Both the position numbers and the translations under genes were made by a program. From the NCBI GenBank assembly GCA_964247055.1, contig OZ176051.1, positions 13,454,001 to 13,518,000 of the forward strand: a DNA stretch of 64,000 nt, written 5' to 3'. The notes beneath the pieces are model-generated. The model searched no databases. It saw nothing but the letters and a program-made list of their open reading frames with translations, and had not been told where the DNA came from. Within the stretch, counting starts at the first letter, position 1. Every line of letters starts with the position of its first letter. This document shows, one piece after another, positions 23,721-36,300 of this stretch. The stretch comes from Paragordius varius (lineage: Eukaryota; Animalia; Nematomorpha).

Positions 23721-26700
23721 AATTGCATTTTACGGGGGAGCGGGTAAAAAGAGGGCCTTAATTGAAAAAGCGAGACGACTGTGTTCAGGGCAATCGAAAA
23801 TAAGTAGAGAAAAATCATATTGGAAATCGAATGGTCCAACAAGTTTTCCGGAATGTCTCAAAGACACGATTTTTGTGGACTTGTGTTTTCAAAAAAACCG
23901 TTTTTTACACTGGATGGGCTCGAACTGGGGACCTAATTCAAAAAAAGGGCGAAGCTATTGTGGGGCATTCATTAATGTTTAAATTTTTTCGACATTTGAA
24001 TTTGAATGGGTCTACCGGTTTTCCGGAAACAGATCACAAGCCAGCATATTCCATTTTTATAAATATATAGATAACCTTTATATTGTCATTTATTTATTTA
24101 ATATTTATATCATTTTTTATCTGAAGTTTATACCACTATAAACGAAATATATATATATTATTATATCATCTCGTTCTTAAGCCCTAGAATTTATTTTATA
24201 AAATTTAAAGATGCAAATCAATTCTCTCAATTATTCTAAGTACTCTATCATTATTAAAAAAAATAATCTTCATCCCATTCATTTCTTTGACAAATTTAGC
24301 ATTTTTCTGGCTTAAATCTTTAATTCTATAAATATATGAGTTTGAAGGATACCGTTTTTTTGCTAAATTTAACCTATTTTCTAAAGAAAATCACAAATAT
24401 ATTAATAAAATAATAAATAACTAATTAAATATAAAATTGTCGCTAACAAGTAAGTGTCAAATCAATAAAAATAAATTAATAAAATTAAATTATAATTTTG
24501 TGGAGAAAATATTTTCTGCAAATATATTTTTTGCATTTTAATTCAGGCGGTAAGTCGACCGTTTGGCGACCCCTATGTTATACCGTTCTCACCGTGCTTC
24601 AAAATGTCAAAAAACATGTTTTACTAAAATTTTCTTATTTTTCAGACAAAATATACATTTTTTGTGAAAAATGTTTTTTGATGTCTATATTTAACATATA
24701 CTTTATAAATCATATCGCGCAATATCTGCATTTTAGCGCTTAAACTAGCCAATTTTAGAAGTCTCTCAGAATTTGAATTGGGGACCATATCAAAAATAAA
24801 AATATTTACTTTGATTATTTACGATCTATTTTAGTGATATATTTGAATAAAACATTTAGCTTCCGCCAAGAAATTTTTAGCAAAAGTGGTTTTAGAAATT
24901 CTGTAACATCTATCAAAATGGATATAATCAGGAAAATTTTGTCTGCATTGTGTGTTTAAAGTCAAATAATATTTTTTGCAGCATAATAGTAAATTTTTAT
25001 TCAAATTTGACGCCTACTCCGATTTTCTAGTGTTTCTGCTTTCGTTGTAGTTTTGAGTCGCATTTTGCAACATAAATATGGTGTAATTTCCTTAGAATAA
25101 GTGATAGAAAATCGAAAAAATAACCACTTATAGTGCGCGTCGACACCTTTCATAAACCTAGTAATCTTGTTTTGACTAGCTTTTCTCAGATTCCTATCAT
25201 TGAAAATATTATCAATCCCAATAAAAAAATTTCGATCAAGTCACAGCGATTGGTAAAAAATTTATCTTATATAAGAAACATTCAAATCAAAGAGCACATA
25301 TTAGCAGTGAATTAAAATAAAAAATACTGGCACATTATGCTTACAACTGTACTCATATCATTAACTGGGAAACTGAAACAACAGTCGAAGTGTTTACAAT
25401 TAAGATAGGGTAAGATAATGTATGAAAAACAGAAAATAACGGTATATATGGATTTCGAAAAAAGCCTAATTAGAAATATAATTATCGGTTAATTTATTTG
25501 TAGTTTTGTTTTTTTACTTCAGAGATTATCATCATAATTAAAAATTTATGTTTTTATTGTTATTTTTTTAGGCAGGAATGCTTGACTAAATAATATTTTT
25601 AAATTATTTGCCTATATGTAAATTTATAGATGTTGTAATAAAAAGACCGGATATATAAAATACAAGAAAGAACTAAACATATGCTTTAGAGTCAATAATA
25701 AATCCATCTCCAAAACAAATTATTATATATATTATTTAACAACATAACTTAATTAACCAAACATAGCTGGGCAAAAATATGATGAGTGTTTTATAAAATT
25801 TAATATTGATTGCCGATCATAACAGGCTACATCGCTTTTTTTAATACAGATAATTGTAACAATTGTCGAAAGTTGTAATTATTTTAATATAATTTTTAGT
25901 TTGGAATAAATTTCACAGTTTTAAATTATTAAATTAATTTGTGGCCGTTTTTGTATAACCTTTTTTTATATCAATAATCGAGATAAAAGCAAATACCTGT
26001 TTCGACGGCCCAAGCATTGGTGAATAGTTAAATTCCTTCTCAATGAATATATCTGATTAATATTTTGCATCAATATAAATGTGATTCCAAACCCTCTTAT
26101 GATAATAATAAATAAGAATATCGCCAGTATATCGAAAAACATCCCTTTGTATCCTAGTTTATTACAAAAAATGTATTTTTTAAGAGCTTATACTTCTAAT
26201 TTGTTATAGTAAGTGTTTGTTATTATTGTCACTTTACGTTACATAGAATTGTATATTATATGCTTTTGAAACGATGGGTAATATTTTTTCTAATAATGAT
26301 TAAAACAATTTATGTTCTGGATCCGAATGCAGACCCTCGTTCGATATGAAAATGCGGCCCGCCAAACCATTTGTTTCGGACACCCTTGGTTTAGATGTTA
26401 TATACTTTTTCAACTTATTCTGAGATAAATTTGTTACTTAGTGTCAAAAAAATTACAAATTAATTTTGTTATTTTTTACAAATATGACCATACTTAAATC
26501 TTGAAATTATAAATTAAAATAAAAATGATATATATATATATGTATTTTTTCTAGGTCGGATTATAATTGGGTGTTTTGAATCTTTAAAATTATTTTTACT
26601 CTTTTTTTTATTTTTTATAAGTTTCGTAATATAGAAAAATATCGAACTCTGTCACAAATAAATATTTCATAATTAGGGTTATTCTAAGATAATCTATTTT

Positions 26701-27626
26701 TAGGGTGTTTGTTAAGGGCAAATTTGTATTTAAAAATAAATTTGATGTGATGGTGTATCATTTAATAAACATGATGTGCCCATAGATATTTTTTACAGAG
26801 TTATAATAGGAGGCAGATAACTGCAGAAGCGTTCCACCATCAGATTTTCGAATTATTTTGGAGCCAGTGCTTATTTAATGCTTTTTGAAAATTTTTAAAT
26901 GTAGCAGTTTTGAAAAACTATTTGATTTTGTGATAAATTAAAATCTGAACAATTTATATTCTCGTATACGCATTTAACGCTATAAAATCACCTAACAGGA
27001 ATAATTAAAATTATACAAACAAATTGTAAAAACTAAAAACAAATATTTTTTCTCAAAACAATTATATTTTTAGGCTGTTTTTTACATTATTTTATCACAA
27101 ACATTAATCATATGAGCGAGTGTATATTAACAATCAACACATCTACATATTTCGTAACCCATAATGTGAAGTTTTAAAAATATATCTCTGTATCATTTTT
27201 TATTGTAATGATAGTTAATTAGAGAATTCTAAATAAACAACATCTTAAAATGGTTATCTTTTATAAATAATTGTTTTTAAATAATTGTTTTTAAATAACT
27301 TCTACATAAATAAATTAAAATTTATTTAAAAAATACAATTTTTTCTTATTATTGATAATTCCATTTAAGTTCAAATATTTTACTCCTTTAATAAATCCTA
27401 TTTGCATATGAATTATCGATACAATCAATTTCGGTCTACTTTTTTACGTTTTGTGTGTACAATTTTCAATGCATCTATAAATTTAACAAATTATTAATTT
27501 ATTGATGGACAACTGAACAAAATACGCATATAATATATATTTACAATAATAAATAAATTGCGTTGGATATGAAGGTAGGTGAACTATTTATATTGAAGGG
27601 ACTAAGTAATAACCAGATATTTCTTT

Positions 27627-28037
27627 TCATTTCTTTAATATTTGATCCAATACCGTTTTATATTGAACGTCATTTATCGAACTGGCTTGAATATGTAAAA
27701 ATATTCCAGTAAAAGATTTTTTAAGAGCATCATTACTTGAAGTATACGCGATTTTTGTGCGGACGTCAGCAGCGTCTGGACTCCACAGAAAGTAAACTAT
27801 TTTCCGACTAGCTTGTTTAGTATTAGGATCAACATAATCGAAATTCATAACGGCATATCTACAATCCTTACTGAGAGCAGTCAAATCTTGTAAAAAATCT
27901 TCGTATTTGGCTGTTTGAGCCGCTTTTTTCATAACTACAATCTTGTTTTGTGTTATCCCAAAGATGACATATTTATAGAGGAGGCTTGTTGAAAATTCTC
28001 GGTACACAACTCCGCAATTGGGATCGATTGTGGCCAT
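27627..28037 (-). CDS. ADF/cofilin family protein, type A copy 2 (136 aa)
   Basis: Same ADF-H motifs as A1; differs from A1 at one nucleotide (N53T). Confidence 0.95.
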   Translation of the reverse strand: MATIDPNCGVVYREFSTSLLYKYVIFGITQNKIVVMKKAAQTAKYEDFLQDLTALSKDCRYAVMNFDYVDPNTKQASRKIVYFLWSPDAADVRTKIAYTSSNDALKKSFTGIFLHIQASSINDVQYKTVLDQILKK

Positions 28038-28116
28038 AGCAATAATAATAGATAAGTGGCTAGAAAGAGAGAAAGAGAGAAAAAAAATAAATAAAATTAA
28101 TATACGTTAACCACTC

Positions 28117-28185
28117 CTATTTATACAAAAACGGCAAATTTGATGGCTTAATTGTTTTTCTAGTAAAGTTAGTTTGGCCTTTGTA
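28117..28185 (-). promoter_or_regulatory. Putative cofilin A2 core promoter
   Basis: TATAAATAG on the minus strand at 28117-28125, with TAAGCCAT and GGCCAA upstream. Confidence 0.55.
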
Positions 28186-28726
28186 CTGCCTCAAAATTTG
28201 AATCTTTGTAAATATACGATAACAATTTTGTTTGTTCTTTTTTGTAAATTAAAAATAACTTATTTTTAGAAAATTTTTTAACGGCTATATACTATCAGAA
28301 ATTATATAATTATGGTGTTATATATTTTAATAATAAATAACAACTATTAGCTAAATTTGTTCTTAAAAGCATAGCATCTCAGATATCCTATCTCTAAACC
28401 TGTATACAATCAAATAGGGCTATTTTTATTTTATGGTTATAAAAATGTAAAATAGATAATGGATTGAACTAAATTAACAAAGAGTTTTACTTAAAAAGAA
28501 TTTAACTACCGTATTATTTTAGGATTATATTAACATTGGTGTAAATATGTTGATTTAAATATGCAAAACCTTTTTACAGAATAAAATTTGTCAATATTTT
28601 AGCTTATTCATATTTTTATCAAAAATAAAAAAATATACATTTAAGGCTTTCCCTAATACCTATATTTAAATTTAGCCTAAAACAATCAGTTACAAAAACA
28701 AAGTTTTAACAGCACTATTATCAATT

Positions 28727-29643
28727 TATCATTTTTTTGTCTTTGCAATTCCTATTCTTCTTTTAATGTCTGGGGTGCTGTTGTTCGTTGTATTTATAAG
28801 ACTGCCTAGGTAAGTGTATTGGGACACTACTTCTATTTGTTGGTTGTGAAAAGATAGGTTGTTATAATGGTTATGAGCGTTTATAGTCATGATTTTAGTT
28901 TTTTTGAAATTGATCGTCAGTAATTTTTGACATTCGTTTGAGAATTCAGTTAAAAGTTTTTTCAGGTTGTCCACTGAGTTTGACAGCAGGTGTCATCAGC
29001 ATAATGGAGTGATGATATAATATTGCCGGCAATGCTTATACCATTAGTTTTATCTATGTTCCGTAATACACTTTCTATGCAGACGTTAAAGAGAGTGGGT
29101 GAGAGGACACAACCTTGTCTTAGACCGTTGTTCATTTGTGATAAAATATAATAAAGTATGGACATCACACGACATCAAACTAAAAACAAAAATCTGTTTA
29201 GTTAAAGCCCTAATATTTCCTAGCATGCTATATGCATCAGAAAGCTGGACAATAAAAAAGGCAGACGAAAAATACATTAACGCCTTCGAAATCTGGTGCT
29301 GGCGGAAGGCACTTCAAATCACTTGGAAAGATAAAGTAAAAAACACTGTAATCCTTGAAAAAATAAACCCCGAGATACACTTGATTGGCATGTGCCTCAA
29401 AATGAAATTATCTTACTTTGGTCACATTACCAGAGCTAATGACTTGGAATTCCAACTAATGACAGGCAAGGTTGGAGGATCCAGGAAACGTGGACGCTGC
29501 AAGATGCGCTGGATTGAAAACCTAACCAAAGAAACCAATCTCTCTTTACAACAGTTAACATCACTCACTCACAATCGAATAAACTGGAGAAAATACACCT
29601 TCGAAAAAGCAATAAATCGACAACGATCTTTGCTACAATAATA
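28727..29643 (+). mobile_element. RTE LINE insertion with 5' inversion and 10 bp TSD
   Basis: TSD ATTATCAATT at 28717-28726 and 29644-29653. Minus-strand RT piece (QGCVLSP, HYADD, IKRRIGIAK) spans 28727 to about 29137; the plus-strand continuation (IKYNKVWTSHDI...RINW) spans about 29139-29643; short TAA tail. The empty site is visible in arm 1. Confidence 0.9.
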
Positions 29644-29904
29644 ATTATCAATTATATAGTTTTATAATTTGTTTTATCTATAGAAGTCCCCGATTTTCTT
29701 TAATGTTTTGTGGACCCGCCTTTGATCAGCCTCATAAATTAAGCGCTTAAACTAAATATCTTAGGCTGATAATCAAGTTTTTTGCGATTAGATTAAGAGT
29801 GTTCAAAACGGGCTTTCAGCGACATTATGTGATGCCCGAGATTCGCAATAATATCATCTCAATCACAATAAAATTGATTTTTCTTTAACAAATTTTCTTT
29901 GGAA

Positions 29905-31330
29905 CTCAATTTGTCTTAACGGATATGAAGGCTTGTGAATTTTAGGATTAGCGTAGAATTTAGGACATTTTGAATGGGGGAATATTTTTTATGTATTATC
30001 GGTGTTTAGTCATCATGTTTTTAATAACTTCGTTATTTGGTCCACAGTTTGAGTAGGGTTTTGATTTAATCGAGTATTGAGTCTAAGCATTTCTTATACG
30101 ATTTTTCGAAATCAGTTGTATTCAAAGCTACTAGGGAGTTGCCTTTGTCCGCTTTGGCAAGCATGAGGTCTTAGTATGTTAGCGTTTTATAACTTTAATG
30201 TCTTCTTTGTTATTGTTGGGTTTAACATGTGTGCGTTTTAACGTTTTGTATAAATCGTTTCTAGTTTGGTCATCATTCTGGTCCAAAACGTCTTCAAATA
30301 TTGTTACGAATTGTTTGGTATTGACTATTACTGGTGAATGTTTCGGTCCCTTGTTAAGCAAATCCATCTCGTACAGAGAAAAAGATGTTGAGGATAGGTT
30401 AACGAAATTTTGTAGGTGTTTTCCGGTATGATGTGTTTAGGGTTGTGCATTTGACTGCTTTTTCAAAAAAGTCCGTTCAGACCTGGTCAGACCATGGTCT
30501 AAATACCATGCGATATTGGATTGTGAAAATAATGTTCGAACGACACTTGCGTTCCACAATAATGTCATGTTTTTTCTTAAAAGTTTATATTTATACATTT
30601 TTTTATATTTACAATATTTTCAATCAAATTTAATCAAGAATTTTGTTTTGAAATAAATTTTGCCACATTCTTGTGGCCTGAATCTTCAATTTCGTAACTT
30701 TTATTGGATATTTCAAATTTAATTTTACCTAGTTTGTTTTACACTTTCTTTCATCATTGAAGTATCCAATTATAAAATGTTTTTACATTTTACTGGTTCA
30801 TATATATAAAATAATCCATATTTTGCAAAATGCTTGATTGTTTTTCCAAATAACTGGATATGCTAAATGCTAATGTTATAAGGATGCATGTTTAACAATT
30901 TTATATTGTTAAATAAGCATATTTAAATATTTAATTTATATTTTTTAAAAAGTATATTAAAAAGCAATAAAATCTTACTATCTCTCTTCCAAAAAAAATT
31001 TACCAGCAATTTTTTAAAAAACAGCTGTTATTTTAAATGACCATGGTCAAAAAATAAATAGTCACTGACCGGGTCATGACTTGGTCAGCACAACTCTAGA
31101 TGTGTTTTTATTATTATTTCTAAATAGTTCTTTTAGCTTCTCGTGTCTTTTTTCTGTTTCACTTAATTTTATGATATCTTTATGTTTACGTTTTATTTCT
31201 ATAGGGCTCAAATTTTCTAAGCATACTTTAAGTTTTGATAGCAAATTTTTCTCCTGTATGCTTTTAGTTTTATTGGTTAATGTTTTTAACAAGTCGCCCA
31301 CGCATCCATTATAGCATAAGCCAAAAAATT
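29905..31330 (-). mobile_element. Penelope-like element fragment (N-terminal region and start of RT), interrupted
   Basis: NFVNLSSTSFSLYEMDLLNKGPK and LAKADKGNSLVALN motifs; upstream Lys/Glu-rich ORF 31074-31301; non-coding block about 30480-31090 in between. Confidence 0.7.
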
Positions 31331-32122
31331 ATCCAACAGGTTTATTTTGAAAGCTTGTTTCATCCATTCAAATAGTATCCACCTTATCAACATAATAGAG
31401 GAGAGAAAAGAACAATATCACCAAAGACTACTTAAAAGGAACATATTTTAATTTATTTACCACTCCAAAAAAACAATAAAGAGAACCATATGGACATCAC
31501 ACTTTACATTTTTTGTTTTTATCATAATTTATAAATATTTTTTTCAAATTTTGTTTTAATTATATTTTATCATTAATATTTTCTTTTGTTTTTAATTATT
31601 CCATTGAAAAAAATACCACCATATATCGAAAATTGGATATAATCCCTTTAACAAATAAATTTTACGAGAATTCAAATCATTATTTTAACATAAAATATTC
31701 GTTCTCATTGACAGTATGAAATTGATTTTTGCGTTAGGAATATGTTTAGGAGAGATGAATAACTTTGGAATCACTTTGTATGTTAAACATTTTCGGAGAA
31801 ACCGCAAATCTTCAAACTTTACGAGCTTTTTATCATAAAAAATGTAATTTTGACTCATAATTCACATTTAAAATGCTCTTCAAAACTAACCGAGGATAAA
31901 ACAGAAAGTAAAGATGTCGATATAAAAATATATTTAGTAAATTACTGGTATAAATTGTGTGGGTGACGACAAAGGGTTTCAAATAAGATTTGTATTAACA
32001 TTTTGTAAATGATTGTGATCTGGAATAAAATTTAACCTAATTATAGTATGTGTGAAAATACGGATGCGATGACATAAATCACAGCAAATTTTTTTTAATA
32101 TGACACAGATAAAGGAGAGTTT

Positions 32123-32529
32123 TCACAACTGACCTAATACCGTTTTGTATTTACCGTCGTTTGATGAGGTAGCTTAAATACTCAAAGATAAACCAATAAA
32201 GGATTTTAACAGCGCATCATTGTTTGAAATGTACGCCCTTTTTTAAGAAGATAAGAAGTGTCCGGACACCAAAGATACTAAACTATTTTTCGGTTAATTT
32301 AATCGTATTAAAGTTAACATAATCGAAACTTACTATTGCATATCTGCAAACGCTAATGGTTGGAACATCAGTCAAATCTTGGAGAAAATCATCGTGTGTA
32401 GCTGTATTACTTGCTTTTTTTCATCACAAAAATCCTGTTTTGTGTTAGGCCAAAAAGAACATATTTATAGAGGTGGCTTACGAAAAATTCTCAATACACT
32501 GATTTACACTTTGAATCAATTGTGGTCAT
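32123..32529 (-). pseudogene. ADF/cofilin pseudogene, type C copy 1
   Basis: Hand translation: MTTIDSKCKSVY*EFFVSHLYKYVLFGLTQNRIFVMKK / frameshift / ASNTATHDDFLQDLTDVPTISVCRYAIVSFDYV / frameshift / KIV*YLWCPDTS...TVLGQL*. Not in the ORF track. Confidence 0.9.
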
Positions 32530-33374
32530 GTCAAATAATATAGGCTGAAGCGAATAATAAATAATGGACCAGTGTGACGCCACCCCTATTTATTCTAATA
32601 AAACTGAAACTATAATGGTCCATTAGTTTATTTTATAACAATTGTGTCCTTGCCGTAAAATTAATGTACTTTGAAAGTCTATATTTATTTATTTAAGAAT
32701 TATAATTTTTTCCTCATAAATCAAAATTTACTCTGCTAAGAATTTCCATTTCTATAATCAATATATGAATTTAATGGTTTTATATTATTATATAAAATAA
32801 AATCACTATGCAAATGTGAGTCTTTTATAGTTGATTACATTTTTAGCCTAATATGTTTATGTCATTGTTAATCTATACGTAAAACGCAGTTAATTTTTTG
32901 AGTTAGTTTCACTACCACTCGCTTGATAAAACAAAATAACTATACTAAATTATCTAATTATTTATTTTTAATAAGAAACAGTTTTTGGATAAAATTATAA
33001 TTTGGAACAATACTATTACTATCGGTTTAATGCATGATAAAAATTTAATATTTTCAGCATTTCATGACCTTTTGAGGTAGTTTTATTGCCCTGCCATTTA
33101 AAATTTTTTAATTTTAAAAAAATTGTATACATGGGGCCTTTAGAATTATGCTTTTCTAAGCCCTCTAGACGTGATAATATTTTATCCTAAGTTGTGATCA
33201 CCTTGAATGTTAACCATCGTACGACTACATTAATATATCATATATCTGTCCAATAACAAGAACCCTACACCACGAGAATCAATCATGTTAGAATTATCGA
33301 TAGAAATTCTTATACAGGGTTTGTAAATTGTCATATTTGGTTAAATAGGATTTTTCATTTTATATTAGGACCGT

Positions 33375-36300
33375 TTTTATATATATAATTTCCCATTCTA
33401 ACCTTTTCTTAGTCAATCGAAACATTTTTTCAGTCAATCGAAACGTTTTCCCAATCAATAGAAACTATTTTCAATCGAAACATTTTCCCAGTCCATTCGC
33501 TTTTGTTTTTGATGATAAATATCAAAACAAGATATAAAAATAACTTTTAATCATTAAGAGCACGTGGTAGAAGGAAAGACCCGGTATGTATATCTCCTTA
33601 AAGTGTACCACATTCGTTTGTACATATTACGCCTTATAATCAGAAGATTCTATGTTATATTTTAACTCCCAAAGTTGTTATCACAACACTTTTTTATCTC
33701 GAATCCCTTGTCAATCCCTAAGGCCATAACATTTATGATACATATCTCACCAATAACAGGAATTATATCTAACCTCGAAAATCCTGTAAGTAATTACCAA
33801 ACTTATTGACCTTTTCCTATTACGCTGCACAATGTCTGCTGCAAACTAACTGCAAATTCGCATAGGAAATGGAATACACGCGAAACTACTCACAAAATTG
33901 ATCTTTTGATTAAAAAAAATGGAGAAACTCGACATCAAAATTATGGGGATCTCTGAATCCCATATCCCCTCAATCGGCCATCTCTAGTATAATAATCACA
34001 TCCTATTCTTCTCAGGTCCGAAACTCTAAACGTAACGGTGTGGCCCTAATACTAACGAATCACTAATTCGTCCCAGCCCATCATATCATAACAATACGAC
34101 TGAATACGATCTCCCAACCAATTATTATATTCATACGGCTCAAACTTAAACTAGATTATTCTTCAATAACTAACGACTTCCCTGTGATCATCAAAAACAG
34201 ATTTGATACGCTGAACCTTGATGATAATGCTGAAAGTCTATGGACAGTGATGCAAAAAGCAACCACTAATACAGCCAAAGAATCCATTCCCACGAAAACC
34301 ATACCTGATAAAATTAAATTATCGCAAAAATGCTAGATCTAGCTGCCAAACGTCGTCAAGCAAAGTTATCTATCAATCTCCTAGAATACAAATCACTTAA
34401 CTGGGAGTATCAGAAAAGCGCCCCTGATGACAACGATAGCCATTAAAACAATCTATGTCTTACGCTCGAGAATGCTGCCAAAAATAACGACAATTTTATA
34501 AAATCGTGCACTTAATACCTATCAAGTCGAAATTTTACAAAGGCCCAATGAAATCAAGTTGTAGATTTTATCATAGACAAGAACTGACTGGTTCAACACT
34601 GGAAGAAATATGTAGTCAAACTCTACGGATACAGCTCAGCAGAACCCGTTAACAATAATGACTAATACCAACGGCACAAATTTTGCAGGATGAAGTTTGA
34701 ATGGGCTCTTGATCATTCCTCAAATACCAAAGTGGAAGATTACGACGACATCCCAACTGAGCTGTCCCGTCTTCTACCAATTGATATCCTCACAAAACAA
34801 TTCCGAAAAATATTTGCGGACGCTTCTTTCTCAAAGGACTTGATTCATTCCAATTTTTAAAAAGGGTGATCCGAAATCCTTTAAAAGCTACAGAATCATA
34901 TCATAAATCAAACTTCCAAGATATTCCTAATGATCAACCACAATCGCATTCAAGGTACAATAGAATCGGAACTGTCCATCAAGAGGTTTCAGAGCAAACA
35001 GCGGGTGTAGAGACATGATTTACAAGCACGGTATTCTCTGGGGCATACTATCCCAAATCGGAATATCCGAGCATTTATTAAAATAATTAAATCCTTATAT
35101 TCAACTTTGATAACCCCTCACGGCACAAGCAAGTGGGTACCAATGAACAATGGATTAAGCCAAGGTTGCGTCTTTTCATTCATTCTCTTCAACACCTGCA
35201 TCGAATGCATTACACGCATAGACAAATCGTTTGGAATAAAAGTTACCAGCAACACAATATCCTCGTTTCATTACGCTGACGACACGATTCTTAGTGTCCA
35301 ACTCCCTAGACAACCTCTTCTCCTAACACAATTTACCACCGAATGTCAAAACTTTGGCTAAACATTTATAATGATACAAAAAATCATGCACATAAACTCA
35401 CAAATTCAATACAATAACCAAACTCACTGTAGTACCAAAATTCATTTATCTTAGTAGTCTAACCAACATGACTAACAACAGCACACCAGACATTAAAAGA
35501 ACGAATAGTAATCGGCAAAGCAAATATGATAAAACACAATAAAATACCCACAATCCAAGATCAAACTAGACAAATTTCTCATCTTCCCAAGCATGCTGTC
35601 GCCACAGAGTTGAACAATAAAGAAAGGGTATGTAATAAATATCAATGCCTTCGAAATGTGCTGCTGGAGAAGGCCACAGATAAATTGGAAAGAAAAATTT
35701 AAAACACTGACATCCTTGATAAAATTAAACCTGAAATATCATTATACTTATGCGTTAAAATGAAACTATCTTTCGCCACATCACTAGAGCCAAAAACTTG
35801 GAATATCAGTCTATGTCGTACAAAGTTGAAGGCTCAAGAAAACGTGGCAGATGTAATGCGTTGGATCAATAATTTAACTAAAGAAACCAAACTATCAATG
35901 CAAAAGTTGATAACCTAACCGTACAATCCGGCGTAATTACACTTAAATAGCTACAAATCGACCCCAATCTTAGCTACCACAACAACAATGAGATTATTAT
36001 TTTTTAAATAATACATTTCTAATGACATGTATTATGCTAATACACAATTATTAATGACTTATTAGAAATTATATTTTATTGATTGTATGATTATTTTTAA
36101 AATTTGAGATATTTTTTAAAAAATAATAATTTTTTATTTTGTCGATGGTTCTCATTAATCATCGCGGCTAACCTATAAAATCTAGAGTTAAATATATACC
36201 ATTTTTATTCAAATTGGATTTTAAACTTGTCAAAAAATACTGTCAGAAAAAATTTAACAAAAATATTTTTTAGATGAAAAGCCTTTTTGATTGTATTTGA

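Larger units (their letters stand above)
25075..29900 (-). repeat. Arm 2 of the inverted duplication (contains cofilin A2)
   Basis: Reverse-complement match to 8480-11127 and 13300-14595. Confidence 0.9.

Noticed and set aside
20140-24060. Possible Helitron enclosing the satellite (ACTAGCG start, CCGGTTTTCCGG hairpin)
   Set aside because: No CTRR 3' end after the hairpin and no A/T insertion site could be established.
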